64,000 nucleotides of DNA from the IMG/VR virus record IMGVR_UViG_3300037453_000152; one strand, 5' to 3'. Position numbers and translations under genes: made by a program. The notes under the pieces are model-generated. The model did not search any database, was not told the DNA's origin, and saw only the letters and a list, made by a program, of their open reading frames with translations. Shown here in pieces: positions 41,531 through 52,812 of the stretch (positions within the stretch are counted from its first letter, which is position 1; each line of letters starts with the position of its first letter). Origin of the DNA: a virus (Duplodnaviria; Heunggongvirae; Uroviricota; Caudoviricetes).

Positions 41531-44500
41531 ATGCAAACTTATTTTGGTGTCCATAATCATACAATTTATAGTAATATAAGATTAATTGACGCTATTAATA
41601 AGCCAGAAGATTTAATTGACAAAGCGATTGAATTAGGTTTATCTGGAATAGCAATTACAGACCATGAATGCCTATCGGCGCATATAGAAGCAGAAAAGTA
41701 TATGAATAAAATCCAAGAGAAGAATCCAACTTTCAAATTGGCTCTTGGAAATGAAATATATCTAGTAAATGATAGAATTAATGGTCAAAAATATTATCAC
41801 TTTATTCTAATAGCAAAAGATGCTATTGGTCATCGCGCTTTGCGCGAACTTAGCTCACGCGCATGGATGAATTCTTACACCGATAGAAAATTGGAGAGGG
41901 TGCCAACATTAAAAGATGAATTAACAGAAATTGTAAATAAATTTCCTAATCATCTAATTGCAACAAGCGCATGTATTGGCGGCGAACTTTCTTCAAATGT
42001 TTTGTTATATCTAGCATCTAAAAAGATTAATGATATGACAAACGCAACATTATATTATAAAAAAATAACTGATTTTCTTGAATATTGTTTAAACTTATTC
42101 AAAGAAGATTTCTATATAGAGTGTGCGCCCGGCACTTCAAGCGAGCAAATAGCAGTTAATCAAACGTTGCGCAAGATTGCCGCATATTACAATATTAAAA
42201 TGGTAGTTGGCACTGACGCACACTATTTAACTAAAAATGAACGTTCAGTTCATAAAGCCTATCTCAATTCTAAAGAAGGAGATAGAGAGGTAGATTCATT
42301 TTATGAATTTACTTATCTTATGGATTATGACGAAGTAACAACTTTATTGGCAAAAACTTTTGATGGAGATATTGACTTTGCGCAAAAGGTTGTGAATGAC
42401 ACAATGGATATTTATGATAAAGTAGAAAGATATTCATTGTTTCATAAGCAAGATATTCCAAGAGTTGATGTTAAAGATTATCCTAAAAGTGATTGGGCAG
42501 GCAATTATCCAAATCTTCATAGATTATTTGCATCTGATGATATTCAAGATAGATATTGGGTAAATGAATGCTTTAAAACCCTTGAACAAAAAGGATTATT
42601 GCATGACGACAGATATATTGATGAACTCGAAGAAGAAGCAAGAGTTAAAAGTATTATTAGTGAGAAACTCGAAACTAATATGTTTCGTTATCCAAATACT
42701 CTTCAACATTATATTGACCTTATCTGGGAGTGCGGCTCGATGGTCGGCGCAGGAAGAGGTTCTTCGTGCGCAGCATTAAATCATTATCTTATGGGTATCA
42801 CACAACTTGACCCAATCAAATGGGAGTTACCATTTTTTAGATATCTTAATGATGAGAGAATTGAACTCGGTGATATTGATATTGACCTTTGTCCTTCTAA
42901 GATTGGAATAATTCTTCAAAAGATTGCGGCCGAGCGCAGTCAAATGTTTAATATTGAAGTTCCAGAATGGGCAAAGAAATTGTTTGGATGCACGCGCATT
43001 GCTACGTTTGGAACAGAAGGCACAAAGTCCGCTATCCTAACCGCGTGCCGCGGTTATCGCAGTGAAGACTATCCCGACGGTATTGATGTTGACCAAGCCC
43101 AATATATGGCATCACTTATTCCACAGGAGCGTGGTTTCCTATGGCCTATCAAAGATGTTATTGAGGGTAATGATGAATTAAATAGACGACCTGTAACAAG
43201 TTTCATACGAGAAATTAATAACTTCCCAGGTCTATTAGATATTATTGTAGGTATTGAAGGTATTTGCAATAAGCGCAGCTCTCACGCTTCTGGAATTATA
43301 TTATTTGATGGAGACCCATTTGAACATTGCGCATTTATGAAAACTCCAAAAGGTGAGATTATCACTCAATGGGATTTACATAATGTAGAGTATATGGGCA
43401 ATACAAAGTATGACTTCCTCGTAACCGAAGTTCAGGATAAGATTGTTCAAACTATTCAGTTCCTTCAAGAGGATGGAGAAATTGAAAAGGATTTAAGTCT
43501 GCGCGAGATATACAATAAATATCTTCATCCGGAAGTTCTGCCAATTGAAACAGATACTAAAATGTGGGACGCTCTTGGAGAAGTATCGGTTATTAATACT
43601 TTCCAGTTTGATAGTATGGATGGCGCCAAAGCCGCAAAGAAATTAAAGCCAAGAACAATTCTTGAAATGGCTGACGCCAATGGTCTAATTCGTTTGATGG
43701 GCGAAGAAGGTCAAGAGCGACCCATTGATAAATATTATAGATACAAAAACAACATAAACCTTTGGTATCAAGAGATGGATAGATATGGTTTAACTAAAGA
43801 AGAACAAGAATATTTGGAACCATATTTTAAATCATCTTATGGTGTTCCACCAAGCCAAGAGCAACTTATGAAAATGTTAATGGATGAACACATCTGCGGC
43901 TTTAGCCTGAGCGAAGCAAACAACGCGCGTAAAATTGTCGGTAAAAAGCAAATGTCAAAAATCCCTGCTCTAAGAGAGCAGGTTCTAAAGAGAGCGACGA
44001 GCTCCGCCTTGGGACAATATGTTTGGAAGTTTGGCGCCGGGCCGCAGATGGGTTATTCATTCTCACTTATTCATGCACTCGCATATTCATTCGTGGGCGC
44101 GCAAACCCTCTACCTTGGCACCCATTGGGACCCAATCTACTGGGATACTGCGTGTCTCGTTGTAAACAGCGGTTCTCTTGAAGAAGATGTTGTTGATGAA
44201 GATGGCGAAGTGCTGTATGATGAAGAAGAAGATACTGAAATTGAAAAGAAAAAGAAAGCTACAAGCACTGACTATGGTAAAGTAGCAAAGGCTTTAAATG
44301 AAATTATTAATGCTGGTATTAATGTCAGCCTGGTTGATATTAATGCTTCTGGATTTGGCTTTAAGCCAGACGTTAAAAATCATCGTATCCTTTTTGGAAT
44401 GAAAGCATTGTTAAATGTTAACGATGATTTGGTAAATAAAATCATAGAAAATCGTCCATATTATTCTATTAAAGATTTCTATAATCGCATCAAGCCAACA

Positions 44501-45484
44501 AAACAGTCAATGGTTTCGCTTATCAAGGCTGGCGCATTTGATGAGATGATGGAACGCAAACTTGCGATGGCGTGGTATATTTGGGAAACTTGCGATAAGA
44601 AAACAAGATTAACCTTACAAAATTTCTCAACGCTGGTAAAGCAGGATATGGTTCCGTTGGATACAGAAGAGAGACAATTAGCATTTAAGGTTTATGAATT
44701 TAATCGTTATCTAAAAGCCATGTGTAAGAACAAAGAAAGTTCTGTTTGGTATTTCTTAGACAATAGAGCAATTGATTTCCTTGCAAAGATTGATAAATTA
44801 AATCTTATAAAAGAAAATGAGTTTTTGGAAATTAAAGTATGGGATAAAGTTTATCAAACTTATATGGACGTTTTTAGAGAATGGCTCCGCGCAGACGGTG
44901 AGAAAGTGTTGGAAGATTTAAATGCGCGAATATTCAAAGCAGATTGGGATAAATATGCGGGTGCAGGCAATCTCTCCGCGTGGGAAATGGAAGTTCTCTG
45001 TTTCTACAGTCATCCGCACGAGCTGGCAGACGTAAATAAAGAAAGATATGGATTAAGTAATTTCTTTGAAATTCCAGAAGAGCCAGTTGTTGAGAGAACA
45101 TTTTATAAGAGTAATCACGCAATTAATATATTTAAACTATTCCGCATTAGCGGAACTTGTATCGCAAAGAATAAGACAAAGAGTATTGTTACAATTCTTA
45201 CAACAGATGGTGTTGTAAATGTGAAATTTAGAAAAGAATATTTTGCGTTGTTTGACAAGCGTATCTCCGAGCGAGGAGAAGATGGAGTTAAACACGTCGT
45301 TGAAAAAAGTTGGTTTGATAGAGGCAATATGATAATGGTTCAGGGTGTGCGCTCGGGCGGTGATTTTATCACAAAGAAGTATTCTTCTTCTGCTGGGCAT
45401 CAATTATATCATATTACAAATATAGAAAACGATGGTAGTCTTGTTCTTCAAACCGAACGATATAAAGGAGAAGAGGGCGAATAA
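41531..45484 (+). CDS. dnaE: DNA polymerase III alpha subunit (DnaE-type, N-terminal PHP domain)
   Basis: PHP motif GVHNHTIYS. 1317 aa. TAG-free. Confidence 0.8.
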   Translation: MQTYFGVHNHTIYSNIRLIDAINKPEDLIDKAIELGLSGIAITDHECLSAHIEAEKYMNKIQEKNPTFKLALGNEIYLVNDRINGQKYYHFILIAKDAIGHRALRELSSRAWMNSYTDRKLERVPTLKDELTEIVNKFPNHLIATSACIGGELSSNVLLYLASKKINDMTNATLYYKKITDFLEYCLNLFKEDFYIECAPGTSSEQIAVNQTLRKIAAYYNIKMVVGTDAHYLTKNERSVHKAYLNSKEGDREVDSFYEFTYLMDYDEVTTLLAKTFDGDIDFAQKVVNDTMDIYDKVERYSLFHKQDIPRVDVKDYPKSDWAGNYPNLHRLFASDDIQDRYWVNECFKTLEQKGLLHDDRYIDELEEEARVKSIISEKLETNMFRYPNTLQHYIDLIWECGSMVGAGRGSSCAALNHYLMGITQLDPIKWELPFFRYLNDERIELGDIDIDLCPSKIGIILQKIAAERSQMFNIEVPEWAKKLFGCTRIATFGTEGTKSAILTACRGYRSEDYPDGIDVDQAQYMASLIPQERGFLWPIKDVIEGNDELNRRPVTSFIREINNFPGLLDIIVGIEGICNKRSSHASGIILFDGDPFEHCAFMKTPKGEIITQWDLHNVEYMGNTKYDFLVTEVQDKIVQTIQFLQEDGEIEKDLSLREIYNKYLHPEVLPIETDTKMWDALGEVSVINTFQFDSMDGAKAAKKLKPRTILEMADANGLIRLMGEEGQERPIDKYYRYKNNINLWYQEMDRYGLTKEEQEYLEPYFKSSYGVPPSQEQLMKMLMDEHICGFSLSEANNARKIVGKKQMSKIPALREQVLKRATSSALGQYVWKFGAGPQMGYSFSLIHALAYSFVGAQTLYLGTHWDPIYWDTACLVVNSGSLEEDVVDEDGEVLYDEEEDTEIEKKKKATSTDYGKVAKALNEIINAGINVSLVDINASGFGFKPDVKNHRILFGMKALLNVNDDLVNKIIENRPYYSIKDFYNRIKPTKQSMVSLIKAGAFDEMMERKLAMAWYIWETCDKKTRLTLQNFSTLVKQDMVPLDTEERQLAFKVYEFNRYLKAMCKNKESSVWYFLDNRAIDFLAKIDKLNLIKENEFLEIKVWDKVYQTYMDVFREWLRADGEKVLEDLNARIFKADWDKYAGAGNLSAWEMEVLCFYSHPHELADVNKERYGLSNFFEIPEEPVVERTFYKSNHAINIFKLFRISGTCIAKNKTKSIVTILTTDGVVNVKFRKEYFALFDKRISERGEDGVKHVVEKSWFDRGNMIMVQGVRSGGDFITKKYSSSAGHQLYHITNIENDGSLVLQTERYKGEEGE

Positions 45485-45855
45485 TGGAAAAAGAAATTTG
45501 TAAATACTATAATGTTAGAGAATGTGGAGCATTTTGCTATGGACAGAAAGATGCTCCAATAACCCAGTGCGAAGGGGATATCCTAAAATGTGATATCCCC
45601 GACTACAAGGCTAAGACGCTTAAAGAGAAAACAAAAGATAATGTTAATCATCCTTCTCACTATAACGCAGGAGGTATTGAATGCATTGAAGCACTTGCGG
45701 CCGCCACAAGCGGCCTTGAGGGGATTGAATCATTCTGCACTGCCAATGCTATTAAATATCTATGGCGTTGGAAGTATAAGAATGGACAAGAGGATTTGGA
45801 AAAGGCTATATGGTATATTAATTACCTCATTGCGCACCTGGGCAAGAGTAATTAA
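45484..45855 (+). CDS. DUF3310-like phage protein
   Basis: HPSHYNAGGIE motif. Confidence 0.5.
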   Translation: MEKEICKYYNVRECGAFCYGQKDAPITQCEGDILKCDIPDYKAKTLKEKTKDNVNHPSHYNAGGIECIEALAAATSGLEGIESFCTANAIKYLWRWKYKNGQEDLEKAIWYINYLIAHLGKSN

Positions 45856-45929
45856 TTTTATAGTTACAAAAACTAAATATAGTAGAAATCACAATATTTC
45901 TTACCATATTTAGTTTTGGAGGATTGAGA

Positions 45930-48170
45930 ATGAATAAAGTTATTAAACGAGATGGAACACTTGTTCCATTTGATGAACAAAAGATTATAAATGCAATTAA
46001 TAAAGCTTTTCTTGAAGTTGACGGCAAACTTTATGAAGATGATACTGCTAAAGATATTGCCAATGAAATTGCAACGATGATTCAAGATAACCCAGTAACC
46101 GTTGAGACTATTCAAGATTGGGTAGAAAATTATTTAATGCGCTCGGAGCGCAGTGATGTGGCGCGCGCATACATTCGCTATCGCTATAAGAAAGAAGTTG
46201 CTCGCAACTTCTAGCATGATTTTATTGATGCTATCCGCGAGAAACTCGGCGCAGAAGATGTTCAAAATCAAAATGCAAATATTGATGAATATTCATTCGG
46301 CGGCCGCACAGGAGAAGCATCTGGTGTAATGACAAAGAAACTGGCTCTTGATTACCTCTTATCTGAGAACTCAAGAAAAAATCACGAAGGTAACATGATT
46401 TATATTCATGACCTTGATAATTATTATGTTGGTAGTCATAACTGTTTAAGTATCCCATTTGATGACCTCCTGGCTAAAGGATTTAATACTCGTCAAACAG
46501 ACGTGCGGCCGGCCGGCTCAGTTAATACTGCGATGCAATTAGTCGCTGTAATTTTCCAGTTGCAATCTCTGCAACAGTTTGGCGGCGTCAGCGCCACGCA
46601 CCTAGACTGGACCATGGTCCCCTATGTACGCAAGAGTTTTTGGAAGCATTATAAAGATGGATTAAAATATATAGAAAATGTAGAAGATGCCGAAGAATTA
46701 AAAATTGTTCCAAATGGTCCAGAAGCACTTTCTATTACAGAAAGTGGATATAATACATATCCTAAAGCATATTCATATGCTATGGATATGACAGAGAAAG
46801 AAATCCATCAAGCAGTTGAAGGTCTTTATCACAATTTAAATACTCTTCAATCCAGAAGTGGCAACCAATTGCCATTTACTTCAATTAATTATGGCACTTG
46901 CACCCTTACAGAAGGAAGAATGGTTACCAAAGCTCTTCTGGAAGTTAGTATTGAAGGACTTGGCAAACTGCATAAAACATCAATTTTCCCATGTGGAATT
47001 TTCCAATGTATGAAAGGAATTAATCGTGAACCAGGAGATCCTAATTATGACCTTTACCAGTTAGCCCTACAAAGCACAGCTAAACGACTGTATCCAAATT
47101 ACGCTAATGTAGACTGGTCTGGAAACGCCGGATACGACATTAATGACCCTCGCACCTATTTCTCGACTATGGGCTGCAGAACAGCGAATGGGTTTGATAT
47201 TAATGGATTAGGGCAATTAAAAGATGGACGTGGAAATATTTGCCCAGTTACTATTATTCTTCCAACAATTGCTATGATGGCGAAGGAAGATATTGCACAA
47301 CTGTATGCCGAAATGACTGATATTGAGACATATGATGTTGTTCAAAGATTTATGCTTCTGTTAGACCAAAAGATTCACGAAGCAAAGGATATGTTAATTG
47401 AGCGTTTTGAATGGATTTGCTCACAGTCTCCTGCTTCGGCAAAGTTTATGTATGAGAATGGTCTTATGGCCGGCTACAAGCCAGAAGAGGGAATTCGTAG
47501 TGCGCTAAAGCATGGCACTGTTGTTATTGGTCAATTGGGATTAGCTGAGTGCTTACAAATTCTTATCGGCTGCGACCATACCGAGCCAAGAGGAATGGAG
47601 CTAGCAAAACAAATTGAGCAGTTATTTAAAGATAGATGCGCCGAATTTAAGCAGGAATATAAATTAAACTTTGGTGTTTATTATACACCTGCGGAAAACC
47701 TTTGCTATACTGCGTTAAAGAAATTTAGAGCAGCATATGGAATTATTCCAAAAGTTTCTGATAAAGACTTCTTCACTAACAGTATGCATGTTCCAGTCTG
47801 GCGCAATATGAGTCCATTTGATAAAATTGATATTGAAAGTCAATTAACAGGATATTCAAGTGCCGGTTGTATTACTTATGTAGAGCTTGATGCCTCTGCG
47901 GTTCATAATACAAAAGCATTAGAGCAGATTGTTAATTATGCTATGGATAAAGATATTCCATATTTTGCTATTAATGTTCCTTCTGACACCTGCCTTGATT
48001 GTGGATACCAGGGAGAAATTAATGAAGCTTGTCCTATGTGCGGCGGGCGCAATATCCAACAACTTCGTCGCGTAACAGGATACCTTACAGGAAATTACAC
48101 AACCGCATTTAATCTTGGTAAGCAGGATGAAGTGCATCATAGAGTAAAGCATGTGGGGGTTATGGAATGA
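45930..48170 (+). CDS. nrdD: anaerobic ribonucleoside-triphosphate reductase with N-terminal ATP-cone (1 in-frame TAG at the domain junction)
   Basis: ATP-cone VIKRDGTLVPFD. Zn ribbon CLDCGY...CPMCG. Glycyl-radical region RRVTGYL...NLGKQDEVHHRVKH. ORFs 45924..46214 and 46329..48170 are in the same frame. Confidence 0.8.
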
Positions 48171-48658
48171 GATATGCAGGAGTTATTAAAAATGATATAG
48201 CCGCGGGTGAAGGTGTTAATGTAACATTCTTCACCCAAGGATGCCCCATACACTGCCCTGGATGCCATAACCCATAGACCTGGGATTTTCTTGGTGGTTA
48301 GGAATTAACTGCTGATACAATTAGCGATATTGTAAAGGCAATCGGCGCAAACGACATATAGAGAAATCTAAGTATTATGGGCGGAGAGCCTTTGTGTAAA
48401 GAAAATATTTTTCTTACACAAATGTTAATTGTCAATGTTAAAGAAAAATATCCAACAGTTAAAGTCTACGTGTGGACCGGATATACGTATGAAGATTTGG
48501 TTGCGCGAAATGACCAAAAGGTAAATTGGGTTTTAGATAACATTGATTATTTGATTGACGGGCCATTCGTGCTCGCAGAGCGCGACATTACGCTCGCAAT
48601 GCGCGGCAGCCGCAATCAAAGAGTTCTGGATATGAAGGAGTTACGGAATGGGACCTAA
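48167..48658 (+). CDS. nrdG: anaerobic RNR activating protein (radical SAM, 3 in-frame TAG)
   Basis: QGCPIHCPGCHN cluster. ATGA overlap with nrdD. TAA at 48656. Confidence 0.65.
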
Positions 48659-49163
48659 GTATGTTAAAACCGAAAAAGATTTACAATCTTTATTACTAAA
48701 AAAAGAATCTGTATAGGGCGACATTGCAATCTGCGAGGATACTAAGAAATCTTTTATTCTCAAAGATGACGAATGGGTTCCATACGCGCCTTCTGGCGGG
48801 CTGCAAATGTCCCTATACGACATTAACCAAAGTATTATAAGTCAACTACCAGCATTTACCGATAAGCAAATTCTTGAATTGGGTTCAAATATCTTTAACT
48901 TTGGACAGATGTTTTCTGATAGTGAGTATTTTATGTTTTTATGTAATGAACTACACTATTACACATTATTCCATAAAGACGCAGACAATTGCGAATTTGC
49001 CAATCTTGGACAGGCAGTAATTGCTATTATTAGAGAAATGAATAAAGATGTTGTGGCAGCTGACAATTTTAAAGACAGATATGAAATTTGGCTAAAAGAC
49101 GAAGATAATACAAATGTGTTTATCTTATTCCCATATGATTAGGGGGTTGTTTGTTATGGCTAA
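48648..49163 (+). CDS. hypothetical protein (2 in-frame TAG)
   Basis: ATG at 48648. ORF 48807..49142 continues through TAG 49140 for 6 codons to TAA 49161. Confidence 0.45.
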
Positions 49164-49416
49164 AAGTTTATATTGTAAAATTAATTTATTTACAATGCCG
49201 CAGACAGTAATTCTATTTGACGAAGACAATGTTGTTTAGTCTTATAATACAAATATTGAAGAACTGTCAAATATTATAAATGGCATTATCTTATCAGTAG
49301 AAGATATTGTTAAAATTGAGTTTTATGGACACAGAGACTTTATAGAAGGACTTAGTAAAAAAATTACCAATAGAAATGTGAGGATTTATATTAATGGCGA
49401 AGTATATGATTAGTGA
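49156..49416 (+). CDS. hypothetical protein (2 in-frame TAG)
   Basis: RBS AGGGGGTTG then ATG at 49156. Ends TGA at 49414. Confidence 0.4.
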
Positions 49417-49660
49417 TACAACAGTTTATAGAGTTGGAACGGTTGAAGAGGTTGAAGCACTCCATGAGCAGCTTCTAAGTGACCCATCTTTTGATTTAAC
49501 TGCGTTTAGTTATAAAACAAAGCAGATTAAACAAAAGGGAGAAATCGTTGAAGAATATAACTTAGTAACTGCAAAGAAGGTTTTTAACGATGAAAAAGAG
49601 CCAGTAGTGCAAGTTGATGTAAGTTATACAGAAAAAGAGTTTGAGGTGAGATTTCAGTGA
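49394..49660 (+). CDS. hypothetical protein
   Basis: RBS GAGGAT. Intact ORF. Confidence 0.5.
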   Translation: MAKYMISDTTVYRVGTVEEVEALHEQLLSDPSFDLTAFSYKTKQIKQKGEIVEEYNLVTAKKVFNDEKEPVVQVDVSYTEKEFEVRFQ

Positions 49661-50193
49661 GATTTGAATTAGTTAAAGAGTTTGCGGACCGCCCTGAGCT
49701 CCTCCCAACGCGCGCCACGGGCGCAAGCGCTGGATATGACTTTAAGGTTGCCAAAGATACAATTTTACCTGCTTTTGTAGACCAGTCAGAGATTATGTTT
49801 GACTATATGCTGGACCAAAAAATGTCTGAGCCATTATGCCTCGCTGACGCAGCAAGGGTTACAAAAACTATGGGTTGTAAACCCACGCTAGTTCCAACAG
49901 GTGTAAAAGCGCAGATTGAAGATGGTTGTTATTTACAACTATCCGTGCGCTCGTCCTGTCCTCTTAAACATTGGTTAATCTTAGCCAATGGCGTAGGAAT
50001 TATTGACTCTGATTATTATAATAATCCTGACAATGAAGGGCATATCTTCTTCCAGATTATTAATCTTTTCCCACATGATATTATCTTGCGCGAAGGCGAT
50101 AAGATAGGTCAAGGAATTATTTTACCATTTTATATTACAGATGATGATGAAGCCATTGGCGATAGGCTCGGTGGCTTTGGATCAACCAATTGA
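49657..50193 (+). CDS. dut: dUTPase
   Basis: Motif GIIDSDYYN and C-terminal Gly-rich region. Confidence 0.7.
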   Translation: MRFELVKEFADRPELLPTRATGASAGYDFKVAKDTILPAFVDQSEIMFDYMLDQKMSEPLCLADAARVTKTMGCKPTLVPTGVKAQIEDGCYLQLSVRSSCPLKHWLILANGVGIIDSDYYNNPDNEGHIFFQIINLFPHDIILREGDKIGQGIILPFYITDDDEAIGDRLGGFGSTN

Positions 50194-50675
50194 AATTATT
50201 AGCCATAGACCAAAGTAGTCGTGTCTCCGGATACGCAATCTTTGACAATAATAAAATTGTAAAATATGGTAAAATAGAATTGAAAGATGATGATATTGGT
50301 GTTCGTTTAAATGTGCTGCGCAACACTCTTATTAACCTAGTCCAAAAGTATGAGATTGATACGGTTGCCTTTGAGGATATTTATATGGATGGACAAAGAG
50401 TGAACAATGTTGCCACCTTTAAAGTATTAGCGGAAGTGTTTGGCGTTTGTGAAGAATTGTTTATTAGTTTAAACCTTCCTTATACCGCAGTTCTTGCTGG
50501 CACTTGGAAATCTACTCTTGGAGTAAAAGGTAAAACTCGTCCAGAACAAAAGAAATCGGCGCAATAGTGGGTAATAGCAAACTATGGTATTTCTCCAACC
50601 TAGGATGAATGTGATGCAATTTGTATCGGAGCGCATATTTTAAAGCAAGAAGAAAATACCTTTAATTGGGAATAA
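50190..50675 (+). CDS. ruvC: RuvC-like Holliday junction resolvase (2 in-frame TAG)
   Basis: N-terminus LAIDQSSRVSGYAIF. C-terminal DECDAICIGAH found after two TAGs. Ends TAA at 50673. Confidence 0.65.
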
Positions 50676-50682
50676 AAAAAAC

Positions 50683-50716
50683 GGGGAGTGGCATTAAGCC
50701 ACTCCCCTTATTTTAC
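50683..50716. terminator. bidirectional terminator at the convergence of the plus and minus blocks
   Basis: GGGGAGTGGC / GCCACTCCCC hairpin flanked by A-run and T-run. Confidence 0.7.
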
Positions 50717-51011
50717 TAAATATGCGATTTGTTACTTCTATAATTTCTTCCCCATACGTTGCTATTAAATCAGCAATAAGTTCTTCTTGATCTACTGTCA
50801 TATATACTCCATAACTAAACATTGCTGCGTGCGTTATCTCATGACATAATACTTTTTTAAATTTATACCAAGGAACTATATCGCTAATATAAATTGTATG
50901 TGTCTGTTCATCACAAGCGCCTAAAGCGAAGTCCCCATTAGTGCGCTAAACTTTAGGATGATTGGGAGATACTTTTTTTATCTCCCAATCAATTCCATTA
51001 ATATTAAACAT
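50694..51011 (-). CDS. small HExxH-motif protein (putative Zn-metallopeptidase-like, 1 in-frame TAG)
   Basis: ATG at 51011 overlaps the upstream TAA. VLCHEITHAAM. 106 codons without TAA/TGA. Confidence 0.45.
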
Positions 51012-51555
51012 TTTGGAGTTTTGTTGCTAATGTATTTACCTTTTTCTGTAAAACGGCTTTTTCTTCTGGAGATGCATCTTGAATCATTTCCATAACATCA
51101 TTAGTTAATTCTCTCATATAATTCTCTAAGTCTTGAATTTTTTTAGCAGAATCCTAATGTGTTTGTTTTGATTCCATATACATCTTGCGGCTTACGCCGC
51201 TGCGACCCTCCCGCTGGTCGCGCCAAGGCATTGTATATTCCTCCTCGGAATATGGTGCATCCTCAGCAGAGCGTTTGTCATCGTAATACATTCTTCCCCC
51301 TCGGTAATAATCACTGTCCCGATAAGGATAATGAGGTAAATAGCGTTCCATATAATAATAAGTATTATTAGAACTTTCTTTATCAGCAGCATCTTCCATT
51401 GCTTCAACTACAGAACAATAATACATAGTTTCTGATAAGTCTTTAATCATGTCAATTACTTCGCCTAGTTCTTTTGTATCAACTTTTTTTAAATCGCCCA
51501 TTTGGTTCTCTACTTGAGCAACCAACTAGTCTTTGATATGTTTTAATCTTTCCAT
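51004..51555 (-). CDS. Tyr-rich hypothetical protein (183 aa, 2 in-frame TAG)
   Basis: RBS GAGGGTGG then ATG at 51555. ORF 51154..51525 continues past TAG to TAA at 51004. Confidence 0.5.
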
Positions 51556-51977
51556 CACGCCACCCTCTCAATCATTAAATTGGCGTTTTGGACGTTAACG
51601 GGAATAGTGCTAGTATTTTCAATACTAACCTAACTGCAACATCCAACAGGAACATCAATGAATATACCAGCACTGACGTTGTTATATTCATCTACTGCGG
51701 CCGGGGTAGAAATCATAGTTGAAGTGGCTACTGGCTCGCCATTGATTGCGATAGCAAGAGAAACAGGTCCAACTGTTTCACCAGTAGGAACTGCAATATT
51801 GGCGCTGAAATTCACAAGGAATCTCGCGCGCAACTAACCATTGGTTAATCCGCGCAAGCCAACCAGCCCACTGCCCTCTCTATGGTTCATAGAAATGTTG
51901 CCAGGAACGGCAGTTTCAGTAAAAACGACCACCTGGCCAACTCCCACAGTTTGAATAGCATTAGCGGTTATTTCCAT
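51555..51977 (-). CDS. BclA C-terminal/C1q-like (TNF-fold) domain protein (2 in-frame TAG)
   Basis: RBS AAGGAGGG then ATG at 51977. Ends TGA overlapping the next ATG. Confidence 0.45.
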
Positions 51978-51994
51978 TTCTTACCCTCCTTTAA

Positions 51995-52798
51995 TCAGCC
52001 AACAAAACCGTTACTTAAAACGCCACCATATAAGGCATTATAGCCATAAGTGCCATAAATGCCAGTATAAGGATTAGCAACTAAATAAGCGGGTTCTGCG
52101 GCTGGGCGCAGTGCGTTGATAAGGTAAGCATTCTGTTCGCTCTGAGAAATCTGTCCCTTAAGAGCCTGATTCTCAGTTTGAAGAGCGGTAATACGGTCTT
52201 GTACTAAGAAGTCAAGAATTGCGCGAGTATTGTTATTAGCATTGTCAATAACATCACGAACGCCGGTAGTGACTGCTGCACGGTCGGCGCAAGCCTCTGT
52301 TGCCAAATTGTAATTGAGCGCAGCAAAGCCAGAAGTAATAGCGTTATTGGTCTAGCAATTGCTTAACTGTAAATCGGCAGCGTTAGATGCTAACTGAGAA
52401 GATAATAGATTAGTGTTCTGTAATCCTGCGACAGTTCCTGCGTTAATAGCCTGAACAGTTTCAAAACCAGTATTTGCGATTTGCGCCTGGGTGTTAGCCA
52501 TACCGGTTAAAAGGCTTGTATTAAGTCCGTAGAAACCATTTGCTGTGCTAGTAGCGAGATCACGAACGCCAGAAGAAATCTCTGCAATATCAAAATTGTA
52601 GCCGACGTCCGCAGTTACGCCTGCGGCTCCACCGGAACCGTAACCGCCCCAACCATTGCCCCATCCGCCAAAAGCGAACAGGAATAAGAGAATGATCCAC
52701 CAGCCAGAACCGAAGCCATCCCCAAACATTCCGCCACGACTGCCGCCGCTGACAGCGGCGATGTCAGATAAACTGTAACCTTCACCTGTGTTAAACAT
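51995..52798 (-). CDS. Gly-rich membrane-anchored protein with coiled-coil (1 in-frame TAG)
   Basis: ORFs 52352..52816 and 51995..52306 are in the same frame. RBS AAGGAGG precedes the second ATG at 52798. TM helix WWIILLFLFAFGGW. Confidence 0.5.
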
Positions 52799-52812
52799 TA
52801 AATTGTCCTCCT

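Noticed and set aside
45876-45914. Short inverted repeat CTAAATAT...ATATTTAG upstream of nrdD as an NrdR box
   Set aside because: It is only 8 bp and a poor match to the 16-bp NrdR palindrome. It could be chance in AT-rich DNA.
50963-50990. Hairpin TTGGGAGAT...ATCTCCCAA inside the 50694-51011 region as a terminator
   Set aside because: It is not followed by a T or U run on either strand and lies within a coding frame.
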